Assembly (NCBI RefSeq): GCF_024639685.1
Contig: NZ_JAHEHX010000002.1
Coordinates: 132,825-196,824 of the forward strand
Source of the DNA: Polaribacter sp.
GTDB taxonomy: Bacteria; Bacteroidota; Bacteroidia; Flavobacteriales; Flavobacteriaceae
Direction: 5' to 3'
Length of the DNA stretch: 64,000 nucleotides
Shown here: positions 42,918 through 52,597 of the stretch, one piece after another
How positions within the stretch are numbered: the stretch's first letter is position 1
Layout: every line of letters starts with the position of its first letter
Notes under the pieces: model-generated
What the model was told of the DNA's origin: nothing
The model's database searches: none
What the model saw: the letters and a program-made list of their open reading frames with translations, nothing else
Program-made: the position numbers and the translations under genes

Positions 42918-42933
42918 GTAAATATAATTATAA

Positions 42934-43521
42934 TTATTCAGAAAAATCTTTATAATTTTCTTTTTTTGAAAAATCTTTTGCTTTTTTAAACTTAACAAAG
43001 GTGTTTAATGAAAAAAGTTCTTGTTTGTTTTTAGAGTAATTGAAAAGGGAATCTAAAGAGTACTTTGAATTTTTATTAAATCTTAGGCGAAGTGTGTCTT
43101 GATTAAACTGAAAAAACCCTCTATAAACGCATCTTTGATTCTTTTGAATAATTTTTAACTCAAAATAATTATCTGAAAATAATGTCAATCTTCTTGTATC
43201 CTTGGAAGTCTTAGGAGTTTCAAAAAGGTTTATTTTTGTTTTAAAAAAGTTCTCACCATGATAATTTAAAAATAAGGACAAAACTATACAATAAATCACG
43301 GCTATTAGAACAGGCCTATAATTAAAAAGTTCTTTTTTTAGAACTATATTGTAAAAATTATTGAATAAAATAACAAGAAAAACGACTATAAAACAGATAA
43401 TAAAACCTGTAATAATTAACAATTCTTTTACTCCAAAACAATAGTCACCAAAATGTATAAGGAACGTTAAAGGCAGTAAAGCTATTGAAATCAGTAATAA
43501 ATATCTCTTTCTAATTTTCAT
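42934..43521 (-). CDS. Hypothetical membrane protein
   Basis: 195-aa ORF with three N-terminal hydrophobic segments; no motif recognised. Confidence 0.65.
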   Translation of the reverse strand: MKIRKRYLLLISIALLPLTFLIHFGDYCFGVKELLIITGFIICFIVVFLVILFNNFYNIVLKKELFNYRPVLIAVIYCIVLSLFLNYHGENFFKTKINLFETPKTSKDTRRLTLFSDNYFELKIIQKNQRCVYRGFFQFNQDTLRLRFNKNSKYSLDSLFNYSKNKQELFSLNTFVKFKKAKDFSKKENYKDFSE

Positions 43522-43567
43522 TAAGTCCTTTGTTCTAAAAAATTGTTTATTTAATTGTTTTCTTGTT

Positions 43568-44338
43568 TTATTTTTTAGAAAATCTAGCTAGTGCTTTTTT
43601 TGTAAAATCGGACAGCACCAATTCTCCAGAAACCTGAGCTCTTTCTATTAGTAGTTCTTTCCAATGGTCTGTATTTTCCCAAAACACTTTCTTCATTTCT
43701 GCTAGTGCTTGCGAATTGTAAGATGCCAATTTTTGTGCAAAAAAGTCAATTTCAGTATCTAATTCTTTAATATTCTCGTAAACTTTAGTATACAATCCTT
43801 TTTCTTTAGCCCAATAAGCGTTTTTCCAATTGGTGCCATCTAAAGTCAATTCGCTTAAGGCTGCCAACCCTATTTTACGTTTTACAGCTGGCTCTATAAC
43901 AAAAGGGCCAATACCTATGGTTAATTCAGACAATTTTATGGAAGCTGCTTTTGTAGCTAAAACATAATCACAAGCTGCAGCTAAACCTACTCCTCCACCC
44001 ACAGTTTTTCCTTGAACTCTTCCAATAATTAACTTGCTACAGGTTCTCATTGCATTGATCACATTTGCAAAACCTGAAAAGAATTGTTTGCCTTCTTCTA
44101 AATTACGAATAGCTACTAATTCATCAAAAGAAGCACCTGCACAAAATGCTTTTTGTCCTTCAGATTTTAAGATAATTACAGCAACTTCATCATTATTAGA
44201 AATGGCATCAAACTCTTTTGCTAAGCGACCTAACAACTCACTTGGAAATGAATTACTTGCAGGATGTCCAAACTCTATAGTTGCGATATTTCCTTGAATA
44301 TTGGTGTATAAACTTCCATTTTGTCTTGTAGTACTCAT
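43568..44338 (-). CDS. Enoyl-CoA hydratase/isomerase family protein
   Basis: AFCAGASF, GKTVGGGVGLAAACD, LSELTIG. Confidence 0.93.
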   Translation of the reverse strand: MSTTRQNGSLYTNIQGNIATIEFGHPASNSFPSELLGRLAKEFDAISNNDEVAVIILKSEGQKAFCAGASFDELVAIRNLEEGKQFFSGFANVINAMRTCSKLIIGRVQGKTVGGGVGLAAACDYVLATKAASIKLSELTIGIGPFVIEPAVKRKIGLAALSELTLDGTNWKNAYWAKEKGLYTKVYENIKELDTEIDFFAQKLASYNSQALAEMKKVFWENTDHWKELLIERAQVSGELVLSDFTKKALARFSKK

Positions 44339-44387
44339 GTCTAAAGTTTTATCAAAAGTAGGGTATTAAATATGAAAAATCAATGTA

Positions 44388-44420
44388 AAAATAAAGTCAT
44401 TATGCTAGCATAATGACTTT
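44388..44420 (-). terminator. Terminator-like perfect 28-bp palindrome after leuS
   Basis: AAAGTCATTATGCT|AGCATAATGACTTT at 44393-44420, followed by ATTTTT on minus. Confidence 0.7.
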
Positions 44421-44457
44421 AACGTATTCTTAATAACTTAGGTTAATTTAAAAAATA

Positions 44458-47277
44458 TTAACCTACAATATTTACAATTTTACCTGGCACAACAATTACC
44501 TTTTTAGGTGTTCTGCCTTGCAATTGTGCTTGAGTTTTTTCGTGTTCCATTACTGTTTTCTCAATTTCTTCTTTAGACAAATCTAAAGGAAGTTCTAATG
44601 TAAAACGCATTTTACCATTAAAAGAAATTGGGTAATTCTTAGCAGTTTCTAGCAAATTTTTTGGCTCAAAAACTGGAAAAGGAGCAGTTGAAATCGATTC
44701 ATTATTGCCTAACAAACTCCATAATTCTTCTGTAATATGTGGTGCATAAGGTGATAATAAAACCAATAAAGGCTCTAAAATTTCACGCTTGTTACATTTT
44801 AAAGCAGTTAATTCGTTTACAGCAATCATAAAAGTAGAAACTGATGTATTAAAAGAGAAATTCTCTATATCTTCTTCTACCTTTTTAATAGTTTTGTGTA
44901 AAGTCTTTAACTCATCTTTGGTTGCTTTTTCTTCTGAAACTTCAAATTGCTCTCCATTAAAATACAATTTCCATAATTTCTTTAAGAATGATGAAACTCC
45001 AGAAATACCAGAAGTTTTCCAAGGTTTAGTTTGCTCTAAAGGCCCTAAAAACATTTCGAATAAACGCAAAGCATCTGCACCATATTCTGCAACAATATCA
45101 TCTGGGTTAACCACATTGAATTTAGACTTGGACATTTTTTCTACCTCACGTCCTACTTTATATACTTCATTTTCTAAGATAAATTCAGCATTTTTAAAAT
45201 CAACATTTAGAGGATGATTTTTAAAACCTTCTATATCTAGCTCATCAGAGGCATTTACCAAAGAAACGTCAGAATGAATAGGCTGAACACTCTTCCCTTC
45301 AATTAACCCTTTTGAAAAAAACCTATTTGTCCCTTCCTCTCTGTAAACAAAAGCACTTGTCCCCAAAATCATTCCTTGATTTATCAACTTTTTTGCAAAT
45401 TCATCTACAGGAAATACGCCTTTGTCAAACAAGAATTTTTGCCAAAAACGAGCATATAATAAATGACCAGTTGCATGCTCTGAACCACCTATGTATAAAT
45501 CAATATTTTGCCAATAATCTAAATTTTCTTTAGAAGCAATTTCAGTATCATTCTGTGGATCCATATACCTATTAAAGTAATATGAACTTCCTGCCCAACC
45601 AGGCATTGTATTCAATTCTATTGGAAATACAGTTTCATTGTCAATTAAATCGTTGCTTACCACTTTATTTGTTTCAGAATTCCAAGCCCAAACATCAGCA
45701 TTTCCTAAAGGTGGTTTTCCATCTTCAGTTGGCAAGTACTTTTCCACTTCTGGCAAAACAACTGGCAAGTGCTTTACATCAATCATTTGAGGCATACCCT
45801 CTTTATAATATACAGGAAATGGCTCTCCCCAATAACGTTGTCTGCTAAAAACTGCATCACGTAATCTGTAATTTATTTTTCCATAACCAAAGCCCCTTTT
45901 TTCCATTTCGTAAATGGCCAATTTTAAGGCTTTCTTATATTTTAATCTTGATAAAAAGTCTGAGTTTGCAATGACAGTGCCTTCTTTATCTGCGTGAGCA
46001 GCTTCAGAAATATCTACACCTTCAAAAATATTAGGAATTGGAATATCAAAATGTTTTGCAAAATCATAATCACGTTGATCTCCACAAGGAACAGCCATTA
46101 CAGCTCCAGTTCCATAAGAGGCTAACACATAATCTCCAACCCATATTTGCACTTTTTCACCAGAAAAAGGATGAATTGCATATGCTCCTGTAAACGCACC
46201 AGAAATGGTTTTAACATCAGCCATTCTATCACGTTCAGAACGTTTTGCTGTAGCTTCTATATAAGCGTTTACTTTATCTTTCTGCTCATCTGTTACAATT
46301 TGTGAAACCAACTCGTGTTCTGGAGCTAATGTCATAAAACTTACTCCAAAAATAGTATCAGGTCTTGTGGTAAATACATCTATTTTCGCATCAAAACCAT
46401 CTACTTTAAAAGAAACCATTGCTCCTTGAGAACGTCCAATCCAATTGGTTTGAGAATCTTTAAGTGGTTGTGGCCAATCGATGGTATTTAATCCATCTAA
46501 CAAACGTTGTGCATAAGCAGAAATTCGCATAGACCATTGTGTCATTTTTTTACGAACAACAGGATGACCTCCTCTTTCTGAAACTCCGTTTACAATTTCG
46601 TCATTAGCTAAAACTGTACCTAATGCAGGACACCAGTTTACTTCTGTATCAGAAAGAAATGTTAATCTGTATTGTAATAAAATTTCCTCTTTTTGAATTG
46701 TAGTAAATCCACTCCAATCTTCAGCAGTAAAAGAAATAACCTCATCATCACAAACTGCATTTACAGTAGCATTTCCCTCTTTTTCAAAAACTGAAATTAA
46801 GGTAGCTATGTCTTCTGCTTTATCCTTATCTTTATTATACCAAGAATTGAATAATTGAATAAAAATCCACTGAGTCCATTTATAATACTCAGGATTTGAA
46901 GTACGTACTTCTCTACTCCAATCAAAAGAAAACCCAATTTGATCTAATTGTCTTCTGTACGTTTTTATGTTTGCTTCTGTAGTTTTTGCAGGATGCTGCC
47001 CAGTTTGAATAGCATATTGTTCTGCAGGTAATCCAAAAGAATCATAACCTTGTGGATGCAACACATTAAAGCCTTTATGACGCTTGTAACGTGCATAAAT
47101 ATCACTAGCAATATATCCTAAAGGATGCCCAACATGCAAACCTGCTCCTGAAGGATAAGGAAACATATCTAACACATAGTATTTAGGCAAATCAGAGCTA
47201 TTAGAGGCTTTGAATGTTTGGTTCTCTGCCCAATATTTTTGCCAATTCTTCTCTATTTCTTGATGATTGTATTGCAT
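44458..47277 (-). CDS. leuS: Leucine--tRNA ligase
   Basis: DMFPYPSGAGLHVGH (HIGH), FTTRPDT editing domain, KMSKS; TAAATTTG box at 47299-47306. Confidence 0.98.
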   Translation of the reverse strand: MQYNHQEIEKNWQKYWAENQTFKASNSSDLPKYYVLDMFPYPSGAGLHVGHPLGYIASDIYARYKRHKGFNVLHPQGYDSFGLPAEQYAIQTGQHPAKTTEANIKTYRRQLDQIGFSFDWSREVRTSNPEYYKWTQWIFIQLFNSWYNKDKDKAEDIATLISVFEKEGNATVNAVCDDEVISFTAEDWSGFTTIQKEEILLQYRLTFLSDTEVNWCPALGTVLANDEIVNGVSERGGHPVVRKKMTQWSMRISAYAQRLLDGLNTIDWPQPLKDSQTNWIGRSQGAMVSFKVDGFDAKIDVFTTRPDTIFGVSFMTLAPEHELVSQIVTDEQKDKVNAYIEATAKRSERDRMADVKTISGAFTGAYAIHPFSGEKVQIWVGDYVLASYGTGAVMAVPCGDQRDYDFAKHFDIPIPNIFEGVDISEAAHADKEGTVIANSDFLSRLKYKKALKLAIYEMEKRGFGYGKINYRLRDAVFSRQRYWGEPFPVYYKEGMPQMIDVKHLPVVLPEVEKYLPTEDGKPPLGNADVWAWNSETNKVVSNDLIDNETVFPIELNTMPGWAGSSYYFNRYMDPQNDTEIASKENLDYWQNIDLYIGGSEHATGHLLYARFWQKFLFDKGVFPVDEFAKKLINQGMILGTSAFVYREEGTNRFFSKGLIEGKSVQPIHSDVSLVNASDELDIEGFKNHPLNVDFKNAEFILENEVYKVGREVEKMSKSKFNVVNPDDIVAEYGADALRLFEMFLGPLEQTKPWKTSGISGVSSFLKKLWKLYFNGEQFEVSEEKATKDELKTLHKTIKKVEEDIENFSFNTSVSTFMIAVNELTALKCNKREILEPLLVLLSPYAPHITEELWSLLGNNESISTAPFPVFEPKNLLETAKNYPISFNGKMRFTLELPLDLSKEEIEKTVMEHEKTQAQLQGRTPKKVIVVPGKIVNIVG

Positions 47278-47414
47278 CTTATCTCTATTTTAAGCCTGCA
47301 AATTTACGTTTATTCTATGAAAGAATAAATTCGAATTTTAACATTATTACTCTTACAATCATTTTGTAAATTAGCGACATAAATTTTTAACTAAAAGAAT
47401 AAAAAAAGGATTCT

Positions 47415-48299
47415 TTAAACTGTAACTCCACTTGCAGTAACGCCTCTATCAATCTTACGCATTAACCCCTGCAATACTTTTCCTGGCCCTATTTCTATGA
47501 ATTCAGTTCCCCCATCTGCCACCATAGCTTGTATGCATTGTGTCCATTTAACAGGTGCGGTTAATTGTGCTATTAAATTACTTTTAATAGTTGTTGCATC
47601 TGTAATAGCCTTTGCTGCTACATTTTGATAAACTGGACATTTTGGTTCGCTAAAGTTTGTTGCCTCAATAGCTGCTGCTAGCTCTGCTCTAGCAGGCTCC
47701 ATTAAAGGCGAATGAAACGCTCCTCCAACAGGTAATAATAAAGCTCTTCTTGCTCCTTTTTCTGTTAATACTTCACAGGCTTTTTTTACGGCTTCTACAT
47801 CTCCTGAAATCACCAACTGGCCAGGACAATTGTAATTTGCAGCAACGACTAGACCTTCTTCTATTGCTGCACATGTTTCTTCTACAACTGCGTCCTCTAA
47901 ACCTAAAACTGCAGCCATTGTAGATGGAGTTTGCTCACATGCTTTTTGCATAGCTAAAGCTCTTTTAGAAACCAAACGTAATCCATCTTCAAAAGACAAA
48001 ACACCATTGGCAACTAATGCAGATAACTCTCCTAAAGAATGCCCAGCTACCATTTCTGGCTGAAAAGTATCACCTAAAACCTTAGCTAATATTACTGAAT
48101 GTAAAAATATTGCTGGCTGTGTTACCTTTGTTTCTTTTAGTTCTTCTGCTGTTCCAGTAAACATAATATCTGTTATAGAGAACCCTAAAATATCATTGGC
48201 TTTTTCAAACAACTCTTTTGCCAAATCAGAGTTTTCGTATAAATCTAAACCCATTCCTGTAAATTGTGCTCCTTGTCCTGGAAAAATATATGCTTTCAT
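47415..48299 (-). CDS. fabD: Malonyl-CoA:ACP transacylase
   Basis: FPGQGAQ, TQPA, GHSLGE, GAFHS; TATTTTTG box at 48345-48352. Confidence 0.97.
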   Translation of the reverse strand: MKAYIFPGQGAQFTGMGLDLYENSDLAKELFEKANDILGFSITDIMFTGTAEELKETKVTQPAIFLHSVILAKVLGDTFQPEMVAGHSLGELSALVANGVLSFEDGLRLVSKRALAMQKACEQTPSTMAAVLGLEDAVVEETCAAIEEGLVVAANYNCPGQLVISGDVEAVKKACEVLTEKGARRALLLPVGGAFHSPLMEPARAELAAAIEATNFSEPKCPVYQNVAAKAITDATTIKSNLIAQLTAPVKWTQCIQAMVADGGTEFIEIGPGKVLQGLMRKIDRGVTASGVTV

Positions 48300-48437
48300 T
48301 GTAAATTATTTATTCGTTGAATTCTTTTTAAAATTTGAAAGCGACAAAAATAACGAAATTTAGTTAGAGCTTCATCTTTAGCATTCTTAGCCTCATTTAC
48401 AATTCTATCTTCAATCAAAATTTGTAACTTCGTTCAT

Positions 48438-49139
48438 ATGAATAAAAATGATAAACGTACTGCAGATCGAATTTACCTCATCTTAGCAGCTCTTTTTATA
48501 GCTTCTTTAGTAACATCTAATCTAATTTTTCAAAAGTTTTTTTATTGGTATCCTTTTCAGCTAGAAGCTTTTGACGTAAAGTTATTTGAAGTTTCGGTGG
48601 GCTTACTCCCTTACCCAATTACATTTTTAATTACAGATATACTCTCTGAAATTTATGGTAAAAGAAAAGCAAATGAAGTAGTTATTGCAGGTATTTTTGC
48701 ATCTTTCTTTTCTTTATTAATTATTTACATTTCTAAAGAAGTTCCAGCAACTTCTTGGTCTCAAGTAAATGATGCTACTTTTATAGAAGTTTTTGGAGCT
48801 GCTCCTTTAGCAGTTTTAGCATCTATGTTAGCCTACTTGTTTGCGCAATTTATAGATATTAGAGTGTATCACTTTTGGAAAAAACTTACCAAAGGCAAAC
48901 ACTTATGGTTAAGAAATAACTTTTCTACATTTTCTTCTCAGTTTATAGATACCATGACTGTACTATTGTTACTTTGTTCTTTTGGTATTATAGATTGGAG
49001 TAAGTTCTGGGGATTATTACTAAGTGGGGTACTTTTTAAAATGATGATTGCTGCTTTAGATACACCTTTATTATATGCAGCTGTCTATGCATTTAGAAAA
49101 CGATTCAATTTAAAAGTAAACGAAGAAATATTAGATTAA
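48438..49139 (+). CDS. yhhQ: Queuosine precursor transporter (YhhQ/VUT family)
   Basis: YPITFLITDILSEIYG, AQFID, LRNNFST..SQFIDT. Confidence 0.9.
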   Translation: MNKNDKRTADRIYLILAALFIASLVTSNLIFQKFFYWYPFQLEAFDVKLFEVSVGLLPYPITFLITDILSEIYGKRKANEVVIAGIFASFFSLLIIYISKEVPATSWSQVNDATFIEVFGAAPLAVLASMLAYLFAQFIDIRVYHFWKKLTKGKHLWLRNNFSTFSSQFIDTMTVLLLLCSFGIIDWSKFWGLLLSGVLFKMMIAALDTPLLYAAVYAFRKRFNLKVNEEILD

Positions 49140-49192
49140 CTTTTTTGTAATTTTCTTAAAGTCAATTCGTCTAAAAAAGAAACAAAAACAAG

Positions 49193-49903
49193 ATGAAGAA
49201 AATATTTACACTCCTTTTTGCGCTAATCTCTTTTTTAGAAGTGAAAGCGCAGACCTCTATCTTTTCTAATTTATTAGAAAAACACGTTACCAGTGAAGGT
49301 GTTGTAGACTATGCAGCATTTAAGGCTGATGAAGTTCGATTAGACATATACCTTACCTATTTAGAAAATACAAATCCAGATAAATCATGGTCTAAAAGTC
49401 AACAAAAAGCTTTTTGGATGAATGCTTACAATGCGTATACCATAAAATTGATTTTAGAGAACTACCCTATTAACTCGATTATGGATATTAAAAAAGATGG
49501 AAAATCGGCTTGGAAAATTCCATTTGCTAAAGTAGGTAGAAAAACTTACACCTTAAATTATATTGAACACGAAATATTGCGAAAACAACTTTTTGACCCT
49601 AGAATTCATGTGGGTGTAAACTGTGCATCTATCTCTTGCCCTAAAATTTTAAACAAAGTCTTTACTGCTGGAAATATAGATACTACTTTAGAAATATTAA
49701 TGAAAGAATTCATCAATGATTCTTCAAGAAATAAAATCGGGAAAAAGTACATACAAATCTCTTCTATTTTTGATTGGTTTCAGCAAGATTTCACAAAAAA
49801 CGGTAGTGTAATTGATTACTTAAACAACTATACAGAATTCAAAATTAACGCAAAAGCAAATATCTCATATTTGAAATACGATTGGGGTTTGAACAGTAAA
49901 TAA
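49193..49903 (+). CDS. DUF547 domain secreted protein
   Basis: Signal peptide, VDYAAF, AFWMNAYNA, IEHEILR, RIHVGVNCASISCP. Confidence 0.9.
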   Translation: MKKIFTLLFALISFLEVKAQTSIFSNLLEKHVTSEGVVDYAAFKADEVRLDIYLTYLENTNPDKSWSKSQQKAFWMNAYNAYTIKLILENYPINSIMDIKKDGKSAWKIPFAKVGRKTYTLNYIEHEILRKQLFDPRIHVGVNCASISCPKILNKVFTAGNIDTTLEILMKEFINDSSRNKIGKKYIQISSIFDWFQQDFTKNGSVIDYLNNYTEFKINAKANISYLKYDWGLNSK

Positions 49904-49938
49904 TTACTATCTTTCAATTTTAAAAATAAATTCAATTT

Positions 49939-50274
49939 ATGTCTAAAACATATTATGATGATGCTGATTTGAGAAAATTCAGCAAAATTACAGAATGGAG
50001 TGAAGAATTAGGAAACAAGTTTTTCGATTATTATGGAAAAGTTTTTGAAGAAGGAGCATTAACTGCTCGTGAAAAATCATTAATAGCACTGGCTGTGGCG
50101 CATACAGAACAATGTCCTTATTGTATAGATGCCTATACAAAAGATGGCTTACAAAGAGGTATAACAAAACCAGAAATGATGGAAGCCATTCATGTGGGCG
50201 CTGCAATTAAAAGTGGTGCAACTTTGGTTCATGGAGTTCAAATGATGAACAAAGTGAACAAATTAGAAATGTAA
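49939..50274 (+). CDS. Arsenosugar-associated peroxidase-like protein (CMD/AhpD family)
   Basis: LTAREKSLIALAVA, CPYC; directly upstream of arsS. Confidence 0.88.
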   Translation: MSKTYYDDADLRKFSKITEWSEELGNKFFDYYGKVFEEGALTAREKSLIALAVAHTEQCPYCIDAYTKDGLQRGITKPEMMEAIHVGAAIKSGATLVHGVQMMNKVNKLEM

Positions 50275-50319
50275 GCAGAGACCAATTTTTTGCTTTTGTA
50301 AAAAATGTGTGAATCGCTT

Positions 50320-50457
50320 ATACTCGCAAAAGCGAGTATCTATAAAACCAAACCATTATTTTCTTCAAACATAAATTAAAGAACCAAAAAAAAGATTCTG
50401 AATTAAATTCAGAATCATAATAAAAAATAAAAGTGATACTGAATCAAATTCAGCATG
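50320..50457. repeat. Three palindromes (two REP-like) upstream of arsS
   Basis: ATACTCGC-aaaa-GCGAGTAT 50320-50339; GATTCTGAATT-a-AATTCAGAATC 50394-50416; GATACTGAATCAAATTCAGCATG 50435-50457. Confidence 0.6.
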
Positions 50458-51507
50458 AAAAAATCATTAAAAGCCAGAAATAACGATATTGCCAATACTT
50501 CTCGTCAACTAGAAATCCTTTCCAACGGAATTTTTGCCGACGGTGAGTTGCCTACATTTGCAAAAAAGATTAAAGAAACCAACCAATTTCCGTTACGTCC
50601 AAAAAAATTAGAAATTCTTCAAATCAACTTGGGCTATATGTGCAATCAAGTATGTGAGCATTGTCATGTTGATGCTGGGCCAGACAGAAAAGAAATTATG
50701 ACTGTTGAAACGATGCAGCAATGCTTGGAGATTGTCAAAAAAACAAAGGCACATACCTTAGATTTAACTGGTGGTGCTCCTGAAATGAATCCTAATTTTA
50801 GATGGTTTGTAGAAGAAGCTTCTAAAGCAGGTATTAAAGATTTTATCGTACGTTCTAACCTAACCATTATCAGAGCGAACAAAAAATTTCACGATTTACC
50901 GGAATTCTTTAAAAAACACAATGTTCATATTGTGTCTTCTATGCCTCATTGGACACGTGGAAAGACAGATAAACAAAGAGGAGATGGTGTTTTTGATAAA
51001 TCGATTAAAGCCTTACAAGAACTAAATGCTGTGGGTTATGGAATGCCTGACTCTAATTTAAAACTAGACTTGGTATATAATCCTTCTGGTGCTTTTTTAC
51101 CTGGAGATCAACAAGCTTTAGAAGCTGAATTCAAAAAAGCATTGAAAGCTGATTTTGACATTCACTTTCATAGTCTTTTTGCCATTACAAATTTACCTAT
51201 AAGCAGGTTTTTAGATTACTTAATTGCCTCAGACAATTATGAAGATTATATGTATGCTTTACTAGATGCATACAATCCTGCAGCAGTAGAAAATGTAATG
51301 TGTACCAATACCATTTCTATTAGTTGGGAGGGTTGGCTGTATGACTGCGATTTTAACCAAATGCTTAACTTAAAAGTAGCCAGTAAAATTAAACACGTTT
51401 CTGACTATAATGAAGAATTGTTACAAGATAGAAACATAATTATAAACCAACATTGTTATGGGTGTACAGCAGGAGCAGGAAGTAGTTGCCAAGGAACTGT
51501 TGCCTAA
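50455..51507 (+). CDS. arsS: Arsenosugar biosynthesis radical SAM protein
   Basis: QINLGYMCNQVCEHCHV (CxxxCxxC), DLTGGAPEMNP, YDCDFNQ, C-terminal HCYGCTAGAGSSCQG. Confidence 0.93.
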   Translation: MKKSLKARNNDIANTSRQLEILSNGIFADGELPTFAKKIKETNQFPLRPKKLEILQINLGYMCNQVCEHCHVDAGPDRKEIMTVETMQQCLEIVKKTKAHTLDLTGGAPEMNPNFRWFVEEASKAGIKDFIVRSNLTIIRANKKFHDLPEFFKKHNVHIVSSMPHWTRGKTDKQRGDGVFDKSIKALQELNAVGYGMPDSNLKLDLVYNPSGAFLPGDQQALEAEFKKALKADFDIHFHSLFAITNLPISRFLDYLIASDNYEDYMYALLDAYNPAAVENVMCTNTISISWEGWLYDCDFNQMLNLKVASKIKHVSDYNEELLQDRNIIINQHCYGCTAGAGSSCQGTVA

Positions 51508-51524
51508 TTAAAAATATAAATATC

Positions 51525-52493
51525 ATGAGTTATTTAGAGACTACACACAACGTTTATAAAGAAGCAGCTTTAACTCCAGATGTGGGGTTATGTTGTACAA
51601 CAAATCCGATTTGGGAATTACCAGGACTAAAAATTCCTAGAATTATGCAAGAAATGAATTATGGTTGTGGCTCTACTGTTCATGCTAGAGATTTAACCAA
51701 TAACCCTAAAATGTTATATGTAGGAGTTGGAGGCGGAATGGAGTTATTACAATTTGCATATTTCAACAGAAATAAAGGTGGTGTTATTGGCTTAGATGTG
51801 GTTGATGAAATGTTAGAGGCATCTCGTAAAAACTTTAAAATTGCCGAAGAACAAAACGATTGGTTTCAAAGCAATTTTGTAGATCTAAGAAAAGGAGATG
51901 CCATGAATTTACCGGTTGAAGACAACTCCATTGATGTGGCTGCACAAAACTGTTTGTTTAATATTTTTAAATCTGACGATTTAAAAAAAGCAATTGCAGA
52001 AATGTATAGAGTATTAAAACCACATGGTCGTTTAGTGATGAGTGATCCTACTTGCGAACAACCAATGAATGATACTTTGCGAAACGATGAACGTTTGCGA
52101 GCGCTTTGTTTAAGTGGGAGTTTACCAATTGCTGACTATGTGAAAGTATTAACAGATGCTGGCTTTGGAACTATAGAAATAAGAGCAAGAAAACCATATC
52201 GAATTCTAGACCCAAAAAAATACCCTACAGAAGAATTAATTTACATAGAGTCTATTGAAGTTGCTGCTATTAAAGATCCAATGCCTTCAGATGGCCCTTG
52301 TATTTTTACTGGAAAAACAGCAATTTATTATGGTAATGAAGATTTTTTTGATGACAATGCAGGTCATGTATTGCTAAAAAATCAGCCTTTAGCTATTTGC
52401 GATAAAACTGCTGGTGTTCTTGCTGGTTTAGGCAGAACTGATATTTTTATCTCTGAAAGTACTTACCACTATGATGGAGGTGGATGTTGTTAA
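51525..52493 (+). CDS. arsM: Arsenite S-adenosylmethionine methyltransferase
   Basis: GLCCT, NYGCG, YVGVGGG SAM motif, AQNCLFN, ALCLSG, terminal GGCC; ATG 51525. Confidence 0.9.
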   Translation: MSYLETTHNVYKEAALTPDVGLCCTTNPIWELPGLKIPRIMQEMNYGCGSTVHARDLTNNPKMLYVGVGGGMELLQFAYFNRNKGGVIGLDVVDEMLEASRKNFKIAEEQNDWFQSNFVDLRKGDAMNLPVEDNSIDVAAQNCLFNIFKSDDLKKAIAEMYRVLKPHGRLVMSDPTCEQPMNDTLRNDERLRALCLSGSLPIADYVKVLTDAGFGTIEIRARKPYRILDPKKYPTEELIYIESIEVAAIKDPMPSDGPCIFTGKTAIYYGNEDFFDDNAGHVLLKNQPLAICDKTAGVLAGLGRTDIFISESTYHYDGGGCC

Positions 52494-52597
52494 AACAATT
52501 GGTTATCAATTGTTATTCACCTTAGACTCATAAATCAATCTAAATTTCGAATGGATTTGTTAGTTAGTATAAAGTGAAAATCTAAAACAGAAACAAC

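Noticed and set aside
42882-42989. 35-codon plus-strand ORF starting ATGAAAAAG
   Set aside because: Overlaps the 3' end of the minus-strand gene, is low-complexity, and the adjacent hairpin has its U-tract on the minus strand; better explained as the antisense of the sRNA candidate.
47278-47414. T-box leader for leuS
   Set aside because: The -7 box is only about 20 nt from the start; no room and no T-box motif.
48300-48437. preQ1 riboswitch upstream of yhhQ
   Set aside because: No preQ1 stem/A-tract pattern recognised, and the leader appears very short.
51460-51507. Selenocysteine in the ArsS C-terminus
   Set aside because: The GSSC position is encoded by TGC (Cys), not TGA.
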